A DNA stretch of 64,000 nucleotides from IMG/VR virus record IMGVR_UViG_3300034101_006340, positions 121,115 through 185,114 of that record; one strand, 5' to 3'. Positions 48,973-57,477 of the stretch are shown in pieces (within the stretch, counting starts at the first letter, position 1; every line of letters begins with the position of its first letter). This DNA comes from a virus. A model generated the notes under the pieces. The model was not told where the DNA came from. It ran no database searches and worked only from the letters and a program-made list of their open reading frames with translations. A program made the position numbers and the translations under genes.

Positions 48973-49417
48973 AGATTTTTCTCATAATTGTTATGGCCAT
49001 TTTTTCTGCATTAGACGCATCGCCACAGAATACTACTTTAATATTATGTAATATTTGTAGTTCAATAATATGTTTAAGAATAAATTTTGGACCTATTTTT
49101 AATTTATCCCACATTCTTTTGGGAACATTCGAACCCACAGGATATATTAAAATGTCTTCAAGATCAAATTCTAATAGTAAAAAAGCATAAGGAATGCGTC
49201 TCATGCGATCAATAACATCCTTGAATCTTTTTTCCGTAATATTATTAGCGAATTCGCTAACGCTTCCTTTTCTTTCTATACAAAATAGGGTCTCTAGTCC
49301 TTGTAGCGAATAGTCTCCAGTATCTAATTTAGATACGCTTTTAGTCATGTGTTCAAAAACCCATGGATGTTGTTCTCTTGTATCAACAATAATATGAAAG
49401 TTACTGAAGTCTATCAT
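48938..49417 (-). CDS. ERCC4/XPF-type nuclease
   Basis: IIVDTREQ...LDTGDY...IERK signature. Confidence 0.85.
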   Translation of the reverse strand: MIDFSNFHIIVDTREQHPWVFEHMTKSVSKLDTGDYSLQGLETLFCIERKGSVSEFANNITEKRFKDVIDRMRRIPYAFLLLEFDLEDILIYPVGSNVPKRMWDKLKIGPKFILKHIIELQILHNIKVVFCGDASNAEKMAITIMRKIYELYGQPEKNI

Positions 49418-49697
49418 TGGCTAATATTCTTAAAAAGGTTTCTGCATAAATTTCTTCCATGCCTTTAATTAAATCATGATGATATTTGCAAAGAGTAATA
49501 CCGTTATTAATATCAAATCTTAATCCAGGATAGTTTGCCCAAGTTTTGATATGATGAGCATTAATTTTTCGTTTTAGAGTACAATTTGGCCATCTGCACT
49601 TATACTGGTCTCTTTCGTAAACGCTTTTGCGCCACTGTTTATATTGAGAATCTCCAAAATTTCTAAACATGATCGTATACTCTAAGATCACTTTCAA
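49401..49697 (-). CDS. HNH endonuclease
   Basis: RD.YKCRWPNC....AHHIK.W...P.LRFDINNGITLC..HH. Confidence 0.85.
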   Translation of the reverse strand: MKVILEYTIMFRNFGDSQYKQWRKSVYERDQYKCRWPNCTLKRKINAHHIKTWANYPGLRFDINNGITLCKYHHDLIKGMEEIYAETFLRILANDRLQ

Positions 49698-50652
49698 CCA
49701 TTTCGTTAACTAGGTCTTCGAATGAATAGTCGCTATGCCACCCAAGACTCTTTTGGGCCTTGGTTGGAATACCTCGTAAATATTCTACTTCTGCTGGTCG
49801 ATATAAATTTTCGTCAATAGATAGGTGATCTTTGTAATTTAATCCGGCTTTACCAAAAGCAATTTTAACAAAATCATAAACACTATATGTACTGCCCGTT
49901 GCAACAACATAATCGTCCGCAATATCATTTTGTAACATTAGCCACATAGCTTTAACATAATCTTTAGCGTGGCCCCAGTCTCTTTTGGCACTTAAATTTC
50001 CTAGCTGTAAAACTTTATTAGTGCGATTATTAACAAGGTCGCCGATATATTTGGTTATTTTTCGCGTCACAAAGTTTTCGCCTCGTCGTGGACTTTCATG
50101 ATTAAATAATATGCCGCAACATCCGAATAGCCCATAAGCCTCACGATAAATTCCTACTAATCGATGACTAGCTAATTTGGCTACTCCGTATGGACTTTGA
50201 GGAATAAACATGGTATCTTCGTCCTGGTATGGTTCATCATATTTAATAGTATCATAGTTTTTACCATACATTTCGCTGGTGCTAGCTTGATAAAAGCGTG
50301 TTGCAGGAGAGTGCGCTCTAATGGCCTCTAGTATGTTGACTACTCCTAGAGTGTCAATTTCTATGGTTGTGGACGGATTTTTAAAGGATGATCCTACGTG
50401 GCTTTGTGCTGCTAAGTTATAAAATTCATCGGGCTGATATTTATTTATTAAATTAGATATGCCTGCTGGATCCGTCAGATCGCATTCTTCTAAAACTAAA
50501 TAGGGGGATTTTATTAGGTGATGGATTCTATCAAAATTATTAATACTACTTCGTCGATGCATTCCAATGACTTTATAGTTCTTGTCTAGTAGTAGTTCTG
50601 CTAAATAGCTACCATCTTGTCCAGTAATGCCTGTTATGATTGCGGTTTTCAT
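49663..50652 (-). CDS. gmd: GDP-mannose 4,6-dehydratase
   Basis: ITGITGQDGSYLAELLL, YNLAAQSHV, FYQASTSEMYG, PQSPYGVAK, ILFNHESPRRGENFVTRKIT, RDWGHAKDYV, RPAEV. Confidence 0.95.
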   Translation of the reverse strand: MKTAIITGITGQDGSYLAELLLDKNYKVIGMHRRSSINNFDRIHHLIKSPYLVLEECDLTDPAGISNLINKYQPDEFYNLAAQSHVGSSFKNPSTTIEIDTLGVVNILEAIRAHSPATRFYQASTSEMYGKNYDTIKYDEPYQDEDTMFIPQSPYGVAKLASHRLVGIYREAYGLFGCCGILFNHESPRRGENFVTRKITKYIGDLVNNRTNKVLQLGNLSAKRDWGHAKDYVKAMWLMLQNDIADDYVVATGSTYSVYDFVKIAFGKAGLNYKDHLSIDENLYRPAEVEYLRGIPTKAQKSLGWHSDYSFEDLVNEMVESDLRVYDHV

Positions 50653-51482
50653 GAATTTTCCTCTCGTGCTAAAACAATCTCTGGGGTAAGAAGCGGACTA
50701 TCCAGAGTATTATCAGCATAAGAGTGATATTCGGATAGTTTATTTTTATAGTTATCGGCTGCTATTTCCATAATAGCCATTTCTTTGCCTTCTTTTTCTC
50801 TTGTTTCTTCGTCTTCAAGCATTCGTATTAATCCGACCCAGGAGCTTTTACCATCCTCTATTCTTTTGATTCGTTGTTCACGAGTAGCTTTAAGGTCTTT
50901 GCTAATCTTTTGCTGTTCATTAAGCAGTTTGGTATACTCATTAGTATAATTAGCGATACTGTTGCGGGCAAATGATAGTTGTGTTTCGAGATTGGCCAGT
51001 TTTGGAATATCTCGTTGATCTTCACTTTTGGCATATTCTTTATCCACTTCATTTTGAAGTTTTTCGGTATCACTAATGTGGCGTTTGCGTTCTTTCATGC
51101 TGCGGTTAATAAGAATATCAATAGTGATAAATTGTTTGATTTGAAGTTCTTCTGCGGGCAAAACATCTTCTCGAAACTGTTTAATTAATCCTACCCAAGT
51201 ATTTTCAAAGTAAGATAATTCTCCACTATCTTTATCAAACTGTTTTTCAATCTCAGACCAAAAGGTTTTTAGATATAACTTTTGTTTAAGTATTTGATCA
51301 TCTGATGATGTTGATGATAGTTGAGTTTGTTGAACATACTTTTCAATAGGGGCGGTACTACGATTAAGATTAGCTGCAATTTGTTCAATAGTTAAAGCGC
51401 TAATATTATCTCTTATATACTTTTCTTCGTCTAATCCTAGTTGTCCTCTTTTTTTGGGACCTTTATGATTTTGATTTTCCAT
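50649..51482 (-). CDS. HTH + coiled-coil protein, possible terminase small subunit
   Basis: N-terminal Myb/HTH-like EEKYIRDN...EQIAANLNRS, then a long coiled coil, upstream of TerL. TerS assignment is inference. Confidence 0.4.
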   Translation of the reverse strand: MENQNHKGPKKRGQLGLDEEKYIRDNISALTIEQIAANLNRSTAPIEKYVQQTQLSSTSSDDQILKQKLYLKTFWSEIEKQFDKDSGELSYFENTWVGLIKQFREDVLPAEELQIKQFITIDILINRSMKERKRHISDTEKLQNEVDKEYAKSEDQRDIPKLANLETQLSFARNSIANYTNEYTKLLNEQQKISKDLKATREQRIKRIEDGKSSWVGLIRMLEDEETREKEGKEMAIMEIAADNYKNKLSEYHSYADNTLDSPLLTPEIVLAREENS

Positions 51483-52101
51483 GAGTATCTAGTATCTCTT
51501 TAATAATAGGTAAAATCTTTTGTAGATCAGACTTATAAATTTTATCTCCGTGTTTTAGTTTAAGATAGGTTTCTCTATGTGGTGCAGGAATGTGCTTGTC
51601 TAGTAGGTCGAAAATTTGTTTATTATTAACATAATCGGCTACTGATTCTAATGAGTGTAAATTAAGAGAATTATCTCCAACATCTTCAATAGCAACGGGC
51701 TTCATGATATTCTTCTTATTCATATTGCGAGTATACCAAGCATCATATTCTTCGCAATCATTTTTATTTTTAAATTCTGTGCATTGATTTTGTGAATTGG
51801 CACAGTGTTTGTCATAAAAGCGACAACTTAGACAGGGTTTATCGGGCCTTTGGTAGTTGTCTCGTTTGTAATTAAATAACCGATTACGAACATGGGTCCA
51901 TAAAAAGTTTTCTAGTGGGCGAGAGTTATCGTACTTTTTTAAACCTTCAAGAGCAAATATAGCTGCCTGTTGTTTCATGTCTTCAATACTATGATATCCA
52001 AAATTAAATTTGTAGGCTAATCTTTTGCTAATGTTTTCTAAAACTGTAAGAAACTCTTCTTCATTCACGTTGTTCGGTAGTGGGTTTTTCTTTTTGCTCA
52101 T
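51463..52101 (-). CDS. Sigma70-family-like phage sigma factor with Cys4 insert
   Basis: Region-2-like EDMKQQAAIFALEGLKKYD..RPLENFLWTHVRNRLFNYKR, followed by CLSC...C...C...C and a C-terminal HTH-like segment. Confidence 0.65.
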   Translation of the reverse strand: MSKKKNPLPNNVNEEEFLTVLENISKRLAYKFNFGYHSIEDMKQQAAIFALEGLKKYDNSRPLENFLWTHVRNRLFNYKRDNYQRPDKPCLSCRFYDKHCANSQNQCTEFKNKNDCEEYDAWYTRNMNKKNIMKPVAIEDVGDNSLNLHSLESVADYVNNKQIFDLLDKHIPAPHRETYLKLKHGDKIYKSDLQKILPIIKEILDTHGKSKS

Positions 52102-52210
52102 ATAATAATTCTGCTATGCTTTTTCCTTCGGGCATATTAAGATCGTTAGTAATATCTACGGTTCCTGATGCTTTAATGTCTAAAGTTGAATTTGCTAATG
52201 AAAAATTCAT
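52061..52210 (-). CDS. 49-aa ORF (MNFSLANSTLDIKASG...)
   Basis: Translated by hand. Has a GAGG RBS, is the first ORF after the leftward promoter and overlaps the sigma-like gene start. Confidence 0.4.
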   Translation of the reverse strand: MNFSLANSTLDIKASGTVDITNDLNMPEGKSIAELLYEQKEKPTTEQRE

Positions 52211-52247
52211 AATTGAACCTCTTGCGTTAAAATGATCAAGTATTAGT

Positions 52248-52276
52248 ATAATACTGTTGTTACACTATTTGTCAAC
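52248..52276 (-). promoter_or_regulatory. Leftward sigma70-type promoter TTGACA-17-TATTAT
   Basis: Near-consensus hexamers at the strand-switch point, pointing into the sigma/packaging operon. Confidence 0.65.
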
Positions 52277-52294
52277 TTAAATAAGGAAAAAATT

Positions 52295-52513
52295 ATGGCT
52301 AACTACAAAAAGTGGTCAAACGAAGAGATGGAATTTATAAAGAATAATCACGGGGTTGTGCGAGATGAGGAACTTGCTGTTAAGCTTAGTCAAATGACCG
52401 GGCAAAATGTTACAACGGCCATGATCAGACGACAAAGGCGAAAGCTAAGTCTCAAAAAGAGTCGAGGCAGACCAAAGAAGCAAGGCATCTTAGCATCAAA
52501 TAATCAAAACTGA
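52295..52513 (+). CDS. Small Myb/HTH-like DNA-binding protein with AT-hook-like tail
   Basis: KWSNEEMEFIKNN...DEELAVKL...; KKSRGRPKK. Confidence 0.6.
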   Translation: MANYKKWSNEEMEFIKNNHGVVRDEELAVKLSQMTGQNVTTAMIRRQRRKLSLKKSRGRPKKQGILASNNQN

Positions 52514-52670
52514 TAGATTATAAAGACTATTCAGGGGCCATCTGTGAGGTTTAGGTGATACATTTATGGTATGTGTCGCTTACTGTTTATGCCCTCCGGG
52601 CGGCTTTTTGAGATTTATTCTCAATAACGGCACAAAACGAAAAAACCCCCCATAGGTGGGGGATAGCCGC

Positions 52671-52686
52671 AGCAAATAGTATGCCA
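52671..52686 (-). promoter_or_regulatory. sigma54-type -24/-12 site TGGCATACTATTTGCT
   Basis: GG-N10-GC, matches TGGCACG-N4-TTGCW. Confidence 0.6.
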
Positions 52687-52773
52687 CAAAAAATCTTTTT
52701 TTCTCTAATTTTTTTTCTTGCAATTGCCGATACTATTTGTAGAATGATGGAAACGAAAGAGAAGGGTAGAAAA

Positions 52774-52995
52774 ATGTTGACGATTGCAAAGATTCAAAAT
52801 TGTGTTCAAAAGATTTTTGGCGACGAGTCGCATAACGTGCGAATCGTACACGCCGGAAACATGTTCAAAATCGAGATTCGGAATAGGATCCATGACGGGG
52901 TGTGGATTCGTTCCGAAAATATGATGGAAGAAAAAATCAACGATATTTTCTACGATTATTGTATCGAAAATGCCGATTGGATGGGGATTTCATAA
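52774..52995 (+). CDS. Early hypothetical protein (73 aa, MLTIAKIQ...)
   Basis: Start re-set behind promoter 52718 and its purine-rich leader. Confidence 0.65.
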   Translation: MLTIAKIQNCVQKIFGDESHNVRIVHAGNMFKIEIRNRIHDGVWIRSENMMEEKINDIFYDYCIENADWMGIS

Positions 52996-53031
52996 TAGGT
53001 AAGATGGGCGGATTAGCTAATCTGCTCGGGC

Positions 53032-53047
53032 AGCAAATATTGTGCCA
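53032..53047 (-). promoter_or_regulatory. sigma54-type site TGGCACAATATTTGCT
   Basis: Near-perfect RpoN consensus. Confidence 0.65.
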
Positions 53048-53149
53048 CAAAAAACAAAAAGATTTTCTATTTTTTTTTCTTGCGTTGGCCGATAAGTAAT
53101 GTAGAATGATTGAAACGGAACGATAAGACTAGAAAAAAGGAAAAGTAAA

Positions 53150-53491
53150 ATGGCTATCTTTACTCGCCCCCGTGCTAATGGTGGAGTTGACGTTGTGGGA
53201 ACCCGGATTGTCTGCAACTATCAGGGGTCGAAGGATCCCGCCCCTCTTCGAATTGAGGGTATCGTCAAGAGTCAACGAAAAATCGAGGGTAAGGGTAATT
53301 TGCTCGTGGTCGAGACTGCGGACGGGTTCCGGTCGATCTACTTCGAGAAGGCTACCGATGTCACGTTCACCATGGTCGAGGGTGACCCCCGCCGTCGGGT
53401 GGTTCGCAACACCGACGATGGATATGATGCGTGGAAGGATAATAACCTTGTGAAGTATGGATACGTCCCCCGATATAGGGGGCGTTGGTAG
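53150..53491 (+). CDS. Early hypothetical protein, SH3-like beta fold suspected
   Basis: Has its own promoter. LLVVETADGFRSIYFEK is shared with 54560..54739. Confidence 0.7.
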   Translation: MAIFTRPRANGGVDVVGTRIVCNYQGSKDPAPLRIEGIVKSQRKIEGKGNLLVVETADGFRSIYFEKATDVTFTMVEGDPRRRVVRNTDDGYDAWKDNNLVKYGYVPRYRGRW

Positions 53492-53570
53492 TCGAAAAGA
53501 TTTGCTGTTTTCTTTTCTTGCAATTGCCGATACCTAATGTAGAATGAGTGAAAAGAAAGAGAGAAGGAAA

Positions 53571-53783
53571 ATGAGAAAGCCCCCTAAGATTGAAACGATA
53601 AAGGGTAAAATTAATGCCTATGCTTATAAGTGTGGGTTTACCTATCATCCCCAAGAGGATGGTACGTTCGCATTATTCGATATCCATATGGGGTATTACG
53701 TTTGCCGTGGTTCTCATGATAGGATTGTTCAGTTTGTTGTAGATGAGTTGTGGGCTAAGTATTATAGGCTTTGCCATTCTTGA
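53571..53783 (+). CDS. Early hypothetical protein (70 aa)
   Basis: Promoter 53518 plus AGAAGGA RBS. Confidence 0.65.
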   Translation: MRKPPKIETIKGKINAYAYKCGFTYHPQEDGTFALFDIHMGYYVCRGSHDRIVQFVVDELWAKYYRLCHS

Positions 53784-53796
53784 AAAAGGAAATACA

Positions 53797-53997
53797 ATGA
53801 ACATTTCAGAAATGATCGTACGGCTTGAAGAATCGGGATGCACTGTGCAACGTGTTCCGGGAGACAACCGTACACTACACGTTGACGGTTATCACCACCC
53901 CCAAAGTAAGGGGTTGCCCGATTGGTTGTGGGACTGCCCCGGATGGGGGATATCGTCGTGCGGATGGGGTAGAGCGTTTTTGTTCAAGGCATGGTAA
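53797..53997 (+). CDS. Early hypothetical protein (66 aa)
   Basis: AAAGGA RBS, follows the previous stop. Confidence 0.55.
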   Translation: MNISEMIVRLEESGCTVQRVPGDNRTLHVDGYHHPQSKGLPDWLWDCPGWGISSCGWGRAFLFKAW

Positions 53998-54060
53998 CCC
54001 CCCAATAGGGGTGTGTTACCTAATCCGGCCGGTCAGCGCACCCCACCTATGGGGTATCGA

Positions 54061-54142
54061 CGTAAACCCTTACGGCTTAAGGACTTACGACGAAAACGCG
54101 CCCGCAATTTTGACGTAAGTGCTTATATATCAACGACTTACG
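54061..54142. repeat. 82-bp double-dyad element, copy 1
   Basis: cgtaaaccctt-acggctt-aaggacttacg / 24 bp / cgtaagtgctt-atatatc-aacgacttacg. Confidence 0.95.
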
Positions 54143-54148
54143 ACGCAT

Positions 54149-54164
54149 AGCAAATATCATGCCA
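54149..54164 (-). promoter_or_regulatory. sigma54-type site TGGCATGATATTTGCT
   Basis: GG-N10-GC, 6 bp from the end of dyad element 1. Confidence 0.65.
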
Positions 54165-54253
54165 AAAAATAATTTTCTTTTTCTAATTTTTTTTTCTTGC
54201 AAGTACGATAATGATATGTAGAATAAGTGAAAAGAAAGAAAGAGAGATTGAAA

Positions 54254-54484
54254 ATGGCAAACCTGATTGTTCTGAATACTAAGGCTGAGTTGGTTGACCT
54301 TATCAACAATACGGAAATGACGACGTTTGTAAATCGTGTGGCCTTTGCCATGGATTTGCTTGACCATGTTCGTGCTAATGGTAATGAGATTGCCATTGAC
54401 GATGAGTTAGGATTTATGGATGATGGTGGATACATTCAGATTGACGATATGGGCTATGTTGTGGCCGATTTTGCAATCTGCTGA
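54254..54484 (+). CDS. Early acidic hypothetical protein (76 aa)
   Basis: First ORF behind element 1 and promoter 54197. Confidence 0.65.
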   Translation: MANLIVLNTKAELVDLINNTEMTTFVNRVAFAMDLLDHVRANGNEIAIDDELGFMDDGGYIQIDDMGYVVADFAIC

Positions 54485-54559
54485 TTTTCTTTTCTTGACA
54501 ACTAAAGTTTCGAATGTAGAATGTCGATATAAAGAGTAAGAAAGAAAGAGAGAAAGAAA

Positions 54560-54739
54560 ATGAACGTTGGTGATTTTATTTTCGCCGAATATGATAACGG
54601 CGAAATTGTGAACGGTGAAGTGGTCACGGTTAGAACGTTTGGGGATCGTATGCTCTTGACGGTCAAGGCCGAACAAGGGTATCGGTCGATCTATCTTGAC
54701 AAGTGTATCACGTTTGATATGCTGGAAGCCTCTAACTGA
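54560..54739 (+). CDS. 59-aa paralogue of 53150 ORF (MNVGDFIFAEY...GYRSIYLDK)
   Basis: Translated by hand, behind promoter 54495. Confidence 0.7.
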   Translation: MNVGDFIFAEYDNGEIVNGEVVTVRTFGDRMLLTVKAEQGYRSIYLDKCITFDMLEASN

Positions 54740-54748
54740 AAGTGTAAT

Positions 54749-54937
54749 ATGTTGACTGTCAAGCCCGAACATTATCGTAAGACTTTCGAAGATATGAAAA
54801 CTGAACACTTGCAATTGTGGCTTCATCTCGCACAGAATGAACTCCCCTCTAAAATGGGGGCTGCTCGGGAACTTATCAAAGCGGGTATTAGTGCTGCGGC
54901 CAGTGAATTGTTGTTCCGGTGGAGGCATAGCCTGTGA
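54749..54937 (+). CDS. Early hypothetical protein (62 aa)
   Basis: Track ORF, co-oriented with neighbours. Confidence 0.5.
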   Translation: MLTVKPEHYRKTFEDMKTEHLQLWLHLAQNELPSKMGAARELIKAGISAAASELLFRWRHSL

Positions 54938-55061
54938 TATACTGGGAAACTTCAAGATGCTCTGATAGATATAGAGTATGGAAAAATGGCGATATCGTGG
55001 GTGATAATCTTACAATCGATGAATGTTGGAAACTAATAATCTCTATACAGGATAACAAATA

Positions 55062-55250
55062 ATGAATAGCCTTGATAAGATTCTAACAGCTATGCGAACT
55101 GGCAAGTATGGTAGTGTTATTGATACTAAAGGTAATGCTCATGTTGGTATTATCAATAGTATCATGCGAGAAGATGGTAGCGGAAAGAATTGGATTGTAA
55201 CAGTGAACAATCGTACAGTAAGTGAACAAGTGTTCATTCATGCGTCATAA
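55062..55250 (+). CDS. Early hypothetical protein (62 aa)
   Basis: AGGA RBS, track ORF. Confidence 0.6.
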   Translation: MNSLDKILTAMRTGKYGSVIDTKGNAHVGIINSIMREDGSGKNWIVTVNNRTVSEQVFIHAS

Positions 55251-55261
55251 AGGAATAATAC

Positions 55262-55432
55262 ATGAGAAGTATCGACACCCTTACACTGCAACACGAATTA
55301 CGACGCTCGCAGTTTGTTCTTGATAGATGTACAACCGAGCAGCAGAGACAAATGTATAGGCTATATATAAAAGACTTATCTGCTGAACTACTCTATAGAT
55401 ATCGTGAAATGAAGTTAGCCCCACCGGCATAG
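55262..55432 (+). CDS. 56-aa hypothetical (MRSIDTLTLQHEL...)
   Basis: Translated by hand, AAAGGA RBS. Confidence 0.5.
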   Translation: MRSIDTLTLQHELRRSQFVLDRCTTEQQRQMYRLYIKDLSAELLYRYREMKLAPPA

Positions 55433-55448
55433 TGTACGTCTGTACCAG

Positions 55449-55485
55449 CTAACCCTACGGGTTGGCAAGATGGGCTATAGCCAGC
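55449..55485. repeat. ~38-bp TAC-triloop hairpin repeat (other copies 57681-57718 and 60094-60131)
   Basis: ctaaccc-tac-gggtt..ggc......ggctatagccagc. The third copy has aatcc-tac-ggatt. Confidence 0.8.
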
Positions 55486-55566
55486 GTAAACCCTTGATAT
55501 ATAAGGACTTACGACAAAAAAGCGGGCGAGATTTTGACGTAAGTGCTTATGCTGCAATGACTTACG
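55485..55566. repeat. 82-bp double-dyad element, copy 2
   Basis: cgtaaaccctt-gatatat-aaggacttacg / 24 / cgtaagtgctt-atgctgc-aatgacttacg. Confidence 0.95.
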
Positions 55567-55572
55567 ACATAG

Positions 55573-55588
55573 AGCAAATGCTGTGCCG
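55573..55588 (-). promoter_or_regulatory. sigma54-type site CGGCACAGCATTTGCT
   Basis: GG-N10-GC, 6 bp from element 2. Confidence 0.6.
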
Positions 55589-55676
55589 CAAAAAACTTTT
55601 TTTGACTGATTTTTTTTAGTTGACAAACCGATACTAGAATGTAGAATGATTGAAAAGAAAGAAAGAGAGAAAGCAA

Positions 55677-55802
55677 ATGGAATGGCTGGTTTTCAATGGT
55701 AATATGCAAGTGATTGGTACGGTTGTTGCTGACGGTTATACTGAGGCTTTTATGGTCGCCCGTTGCCGATTTGGTTATGTCGAATACATTGAGCAAATGT
55801 AG
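55677..55802 (+). CDS. 41-aa hypothetical (MEWLVFNGNMQVIGTV...), related to 59949 ORF
   Basis: First ORF behind element 2 and promoter 55620. Confidence 0.6.
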   Translation: MEWLVFNGNMQVIGTVVADGYTEAFMVARCRFGYVEYIEQM

Positions 55803-55858
55803 GGATTGACAGTCTACCAAACCTTTGATAAGATAGTCTCAACAAGAAAGAAGAAAAA

Positions 55859-56233
55859 ATGAAAACGAAGTATGCTATCATTGAAAACGCCAAGCGTCAG
55901 GCCCGGATGATCTTCAAGGGTATCGCTATTCCGATGCTCGTCGAGATTCCGGACGATAAGGTAATCGAAGGTGAGGATGCTCACTATGTCTACAGTGTTG
56001 ACGGCCAAAAGCGATACCTTGTCACCGAAAAGGTTCTCAAGTTCAATCGCAAGGCTCTGCGTCGTGCTGGTACTGTCAAGGTCACCAAGGCCGACCCCCG
56101 ACTTGTGGGGGGTGAGGATCTTATGCGATTCCCGGTTGGTAAGCCCGGCAGTCGTGAGCGTGTTGAGGCTCTTGCTGCACAGTATGCTAGTCTGTCAGAA
56201 GATGAGATGAGCCCCTTTGCTGATGAGGAGTAA
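55859..56233 (+). CDS. Early hypothetical protein (124 aa)
   Basis: Track ORF with purine-rich leader. Confidence 0.7.
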   Translation: MKTKYAIIENAKRQARMIFKGIAIPMLVEIPDDKVIEGEDAHYVYSVDGQKRYLVTEKVLKFNRKALRRAGTVKVTKADPRLVGGEDLMRFPVGKPGSRERVEALAAQYASLSEDEMSPFADEE

Positions 56234-56394
56234 ACACATGCTCAAGAATCTTGAAGATAAAACGCTCTCAGTAATGTGGACAGTAACAGAAGGTACTAAT
56301 GATTTGTACAGTATTTATCTTGATGGACAACTGTACATGAGTCACCTGTCGTTCGATGAGTTCTACCCCATATATAGGGGGTTGCTTAAATAGA

Positions 56395-56476
56395 CGTAAA
56401 CCCTTACGGCGTAAGAACTTACGTCAAAAGGGCGCCGCCCGCCGCGTCGTAAGTGCTTATGCCACAATGACTTATG
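56395..56476. repeat. 82-bp double-dyad element, copy 3
   Basis: cgtaaaccctt-acggcgt-aagaacttacg / 24 / cgtaagtgctt-atgccac-aatgacttatg. Confidence 0.95.
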
Positions 56477-56482
56477 ACCACT

Positions 56483-56498
56483 AGCAAAAATTATACCA
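56483..56498 (-). promoter_or_regulatory. sigma54-type site TGGTATAATTTTTGCT
   Basis: GG-N10-GC, 6 bp from element 3. Confidence 0.5.
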
Positions 56499-56590
56499 AA
56501 AAGAAAAAACTTTTTTCGCTAATTTTTTTTCTTGACGTTTCCGATATCTAATATATAATCGAAGCATCAACCCACAAAGGAGAATCCACA

Positions 56591-56785
56591 ATGCTTCACG
56601 ATTTTGATGAAATCAATGTTATCCTCTCCGCCATGCACGACGAAGGTTTGGTCGAACCGATTGATGAGCCGTCATGTCATCCTCTTGAGTGGGCGGAGGT
56701 TACTGGGCTAATCGAGGAAGTGATGGAAGAAATCTATCCCGAACCCATGGTTGACGAACACGGTATTCTTTGGTATACTTACTGA
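56591..56785 (+). CDS. Acidic hypothetical protein (64 aa)
   Basis: AAGGAG RBS, behind element 3 and promoter 56532. Confidence 0.7.
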   Translation: MLHDFDEINVILSAMHDEGLVEPIDEPSCHPLEWAEVTGLIEEVMEEIYPEPMVDEHGILWYTY

Positions 56786-56798
56786 AAAGGAGAAAAAG

Positions 56799-57113
56799 AT
56801 GAGTCACCCCGATTCCTGCTACGATCCCGATAACTCTTACGAGGATGATGACATGGCATACAACTATGACGATTACAATGGCTTTCATGACGAGGACAGT
56901 GCGGGCTATCATCCAGATGCCGAGCATGAGGTTGCTTCACAATTTAATGAGAATGACGAAGATGAAGAATGGTTTGACGATTATGATGATAGTATGGATG
57001 GAGATCACGAGTCCGGCCTTGCGAGTGCGGGTTGGGGGACCGATGAGGATTACGGCCACTATGGAGATGACATCGATTCCTTCCACGATTATTATGGTGG
57101 AGAGGACTACTGA
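56799..57113 (+). CDS. Extremely acidic D/E/Y/H-rich protein (104 aa)
   Basis: AAGGAG RBS. No Lys or Arg in the translated product. Confidence 0.7.
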   Translation: MSHPDSCYDPDNSYEDDDMAYNYDDYNGFHDEDSAGYHPDAEHEVASQFNENDEDEEWFDDYDDSMDGDHESGLASAGWGTDEDYGHYGDDIDSFHDYYGGEDY

Positions 57114-57305
57114 TAAAAAATAATAATACGGGGTATTATCAGTTTCGAAAGGATAAATAATGTCAAAAGATGAACCGTATGTATATGTATTAGATAATCA
57201 TCGTGGTGATAGAGTATGGGTGCGGGAAAATTATGTAAAGTTATATCCTCATCTATATACGCCCATACAGTTTAATGGAAAAACCATGACCAGTGACTGC
57301 CCGAA

Positions 57306-57387
57306 CGCAAACCCTTGTGTCGTAAAGACTTAGGGCGAGCGGGGCCGGCCGACTTTAACGTAAGTCCTTATCCGACAACACTTTAGA
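57306..57387. repeat. 82-bp double-dyad element, copy 4
   Basis: cgcaaaccctt-gtgtcgt-aaagacttagg / 24 (central GGCCGGCC) / cgtaagtcctt-atccgac-aacactttag, last arm degenerate. Confidence 0.9.
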
Positions 57388-57477
57388 GCAAATTAAAAAA
57401 TTGTCTTTTTTTTCTTTGACAACTAAAGTTGCTTTGATAGAATGTCGATATACAAGTAGAAGAAGGAGAAAATACAG

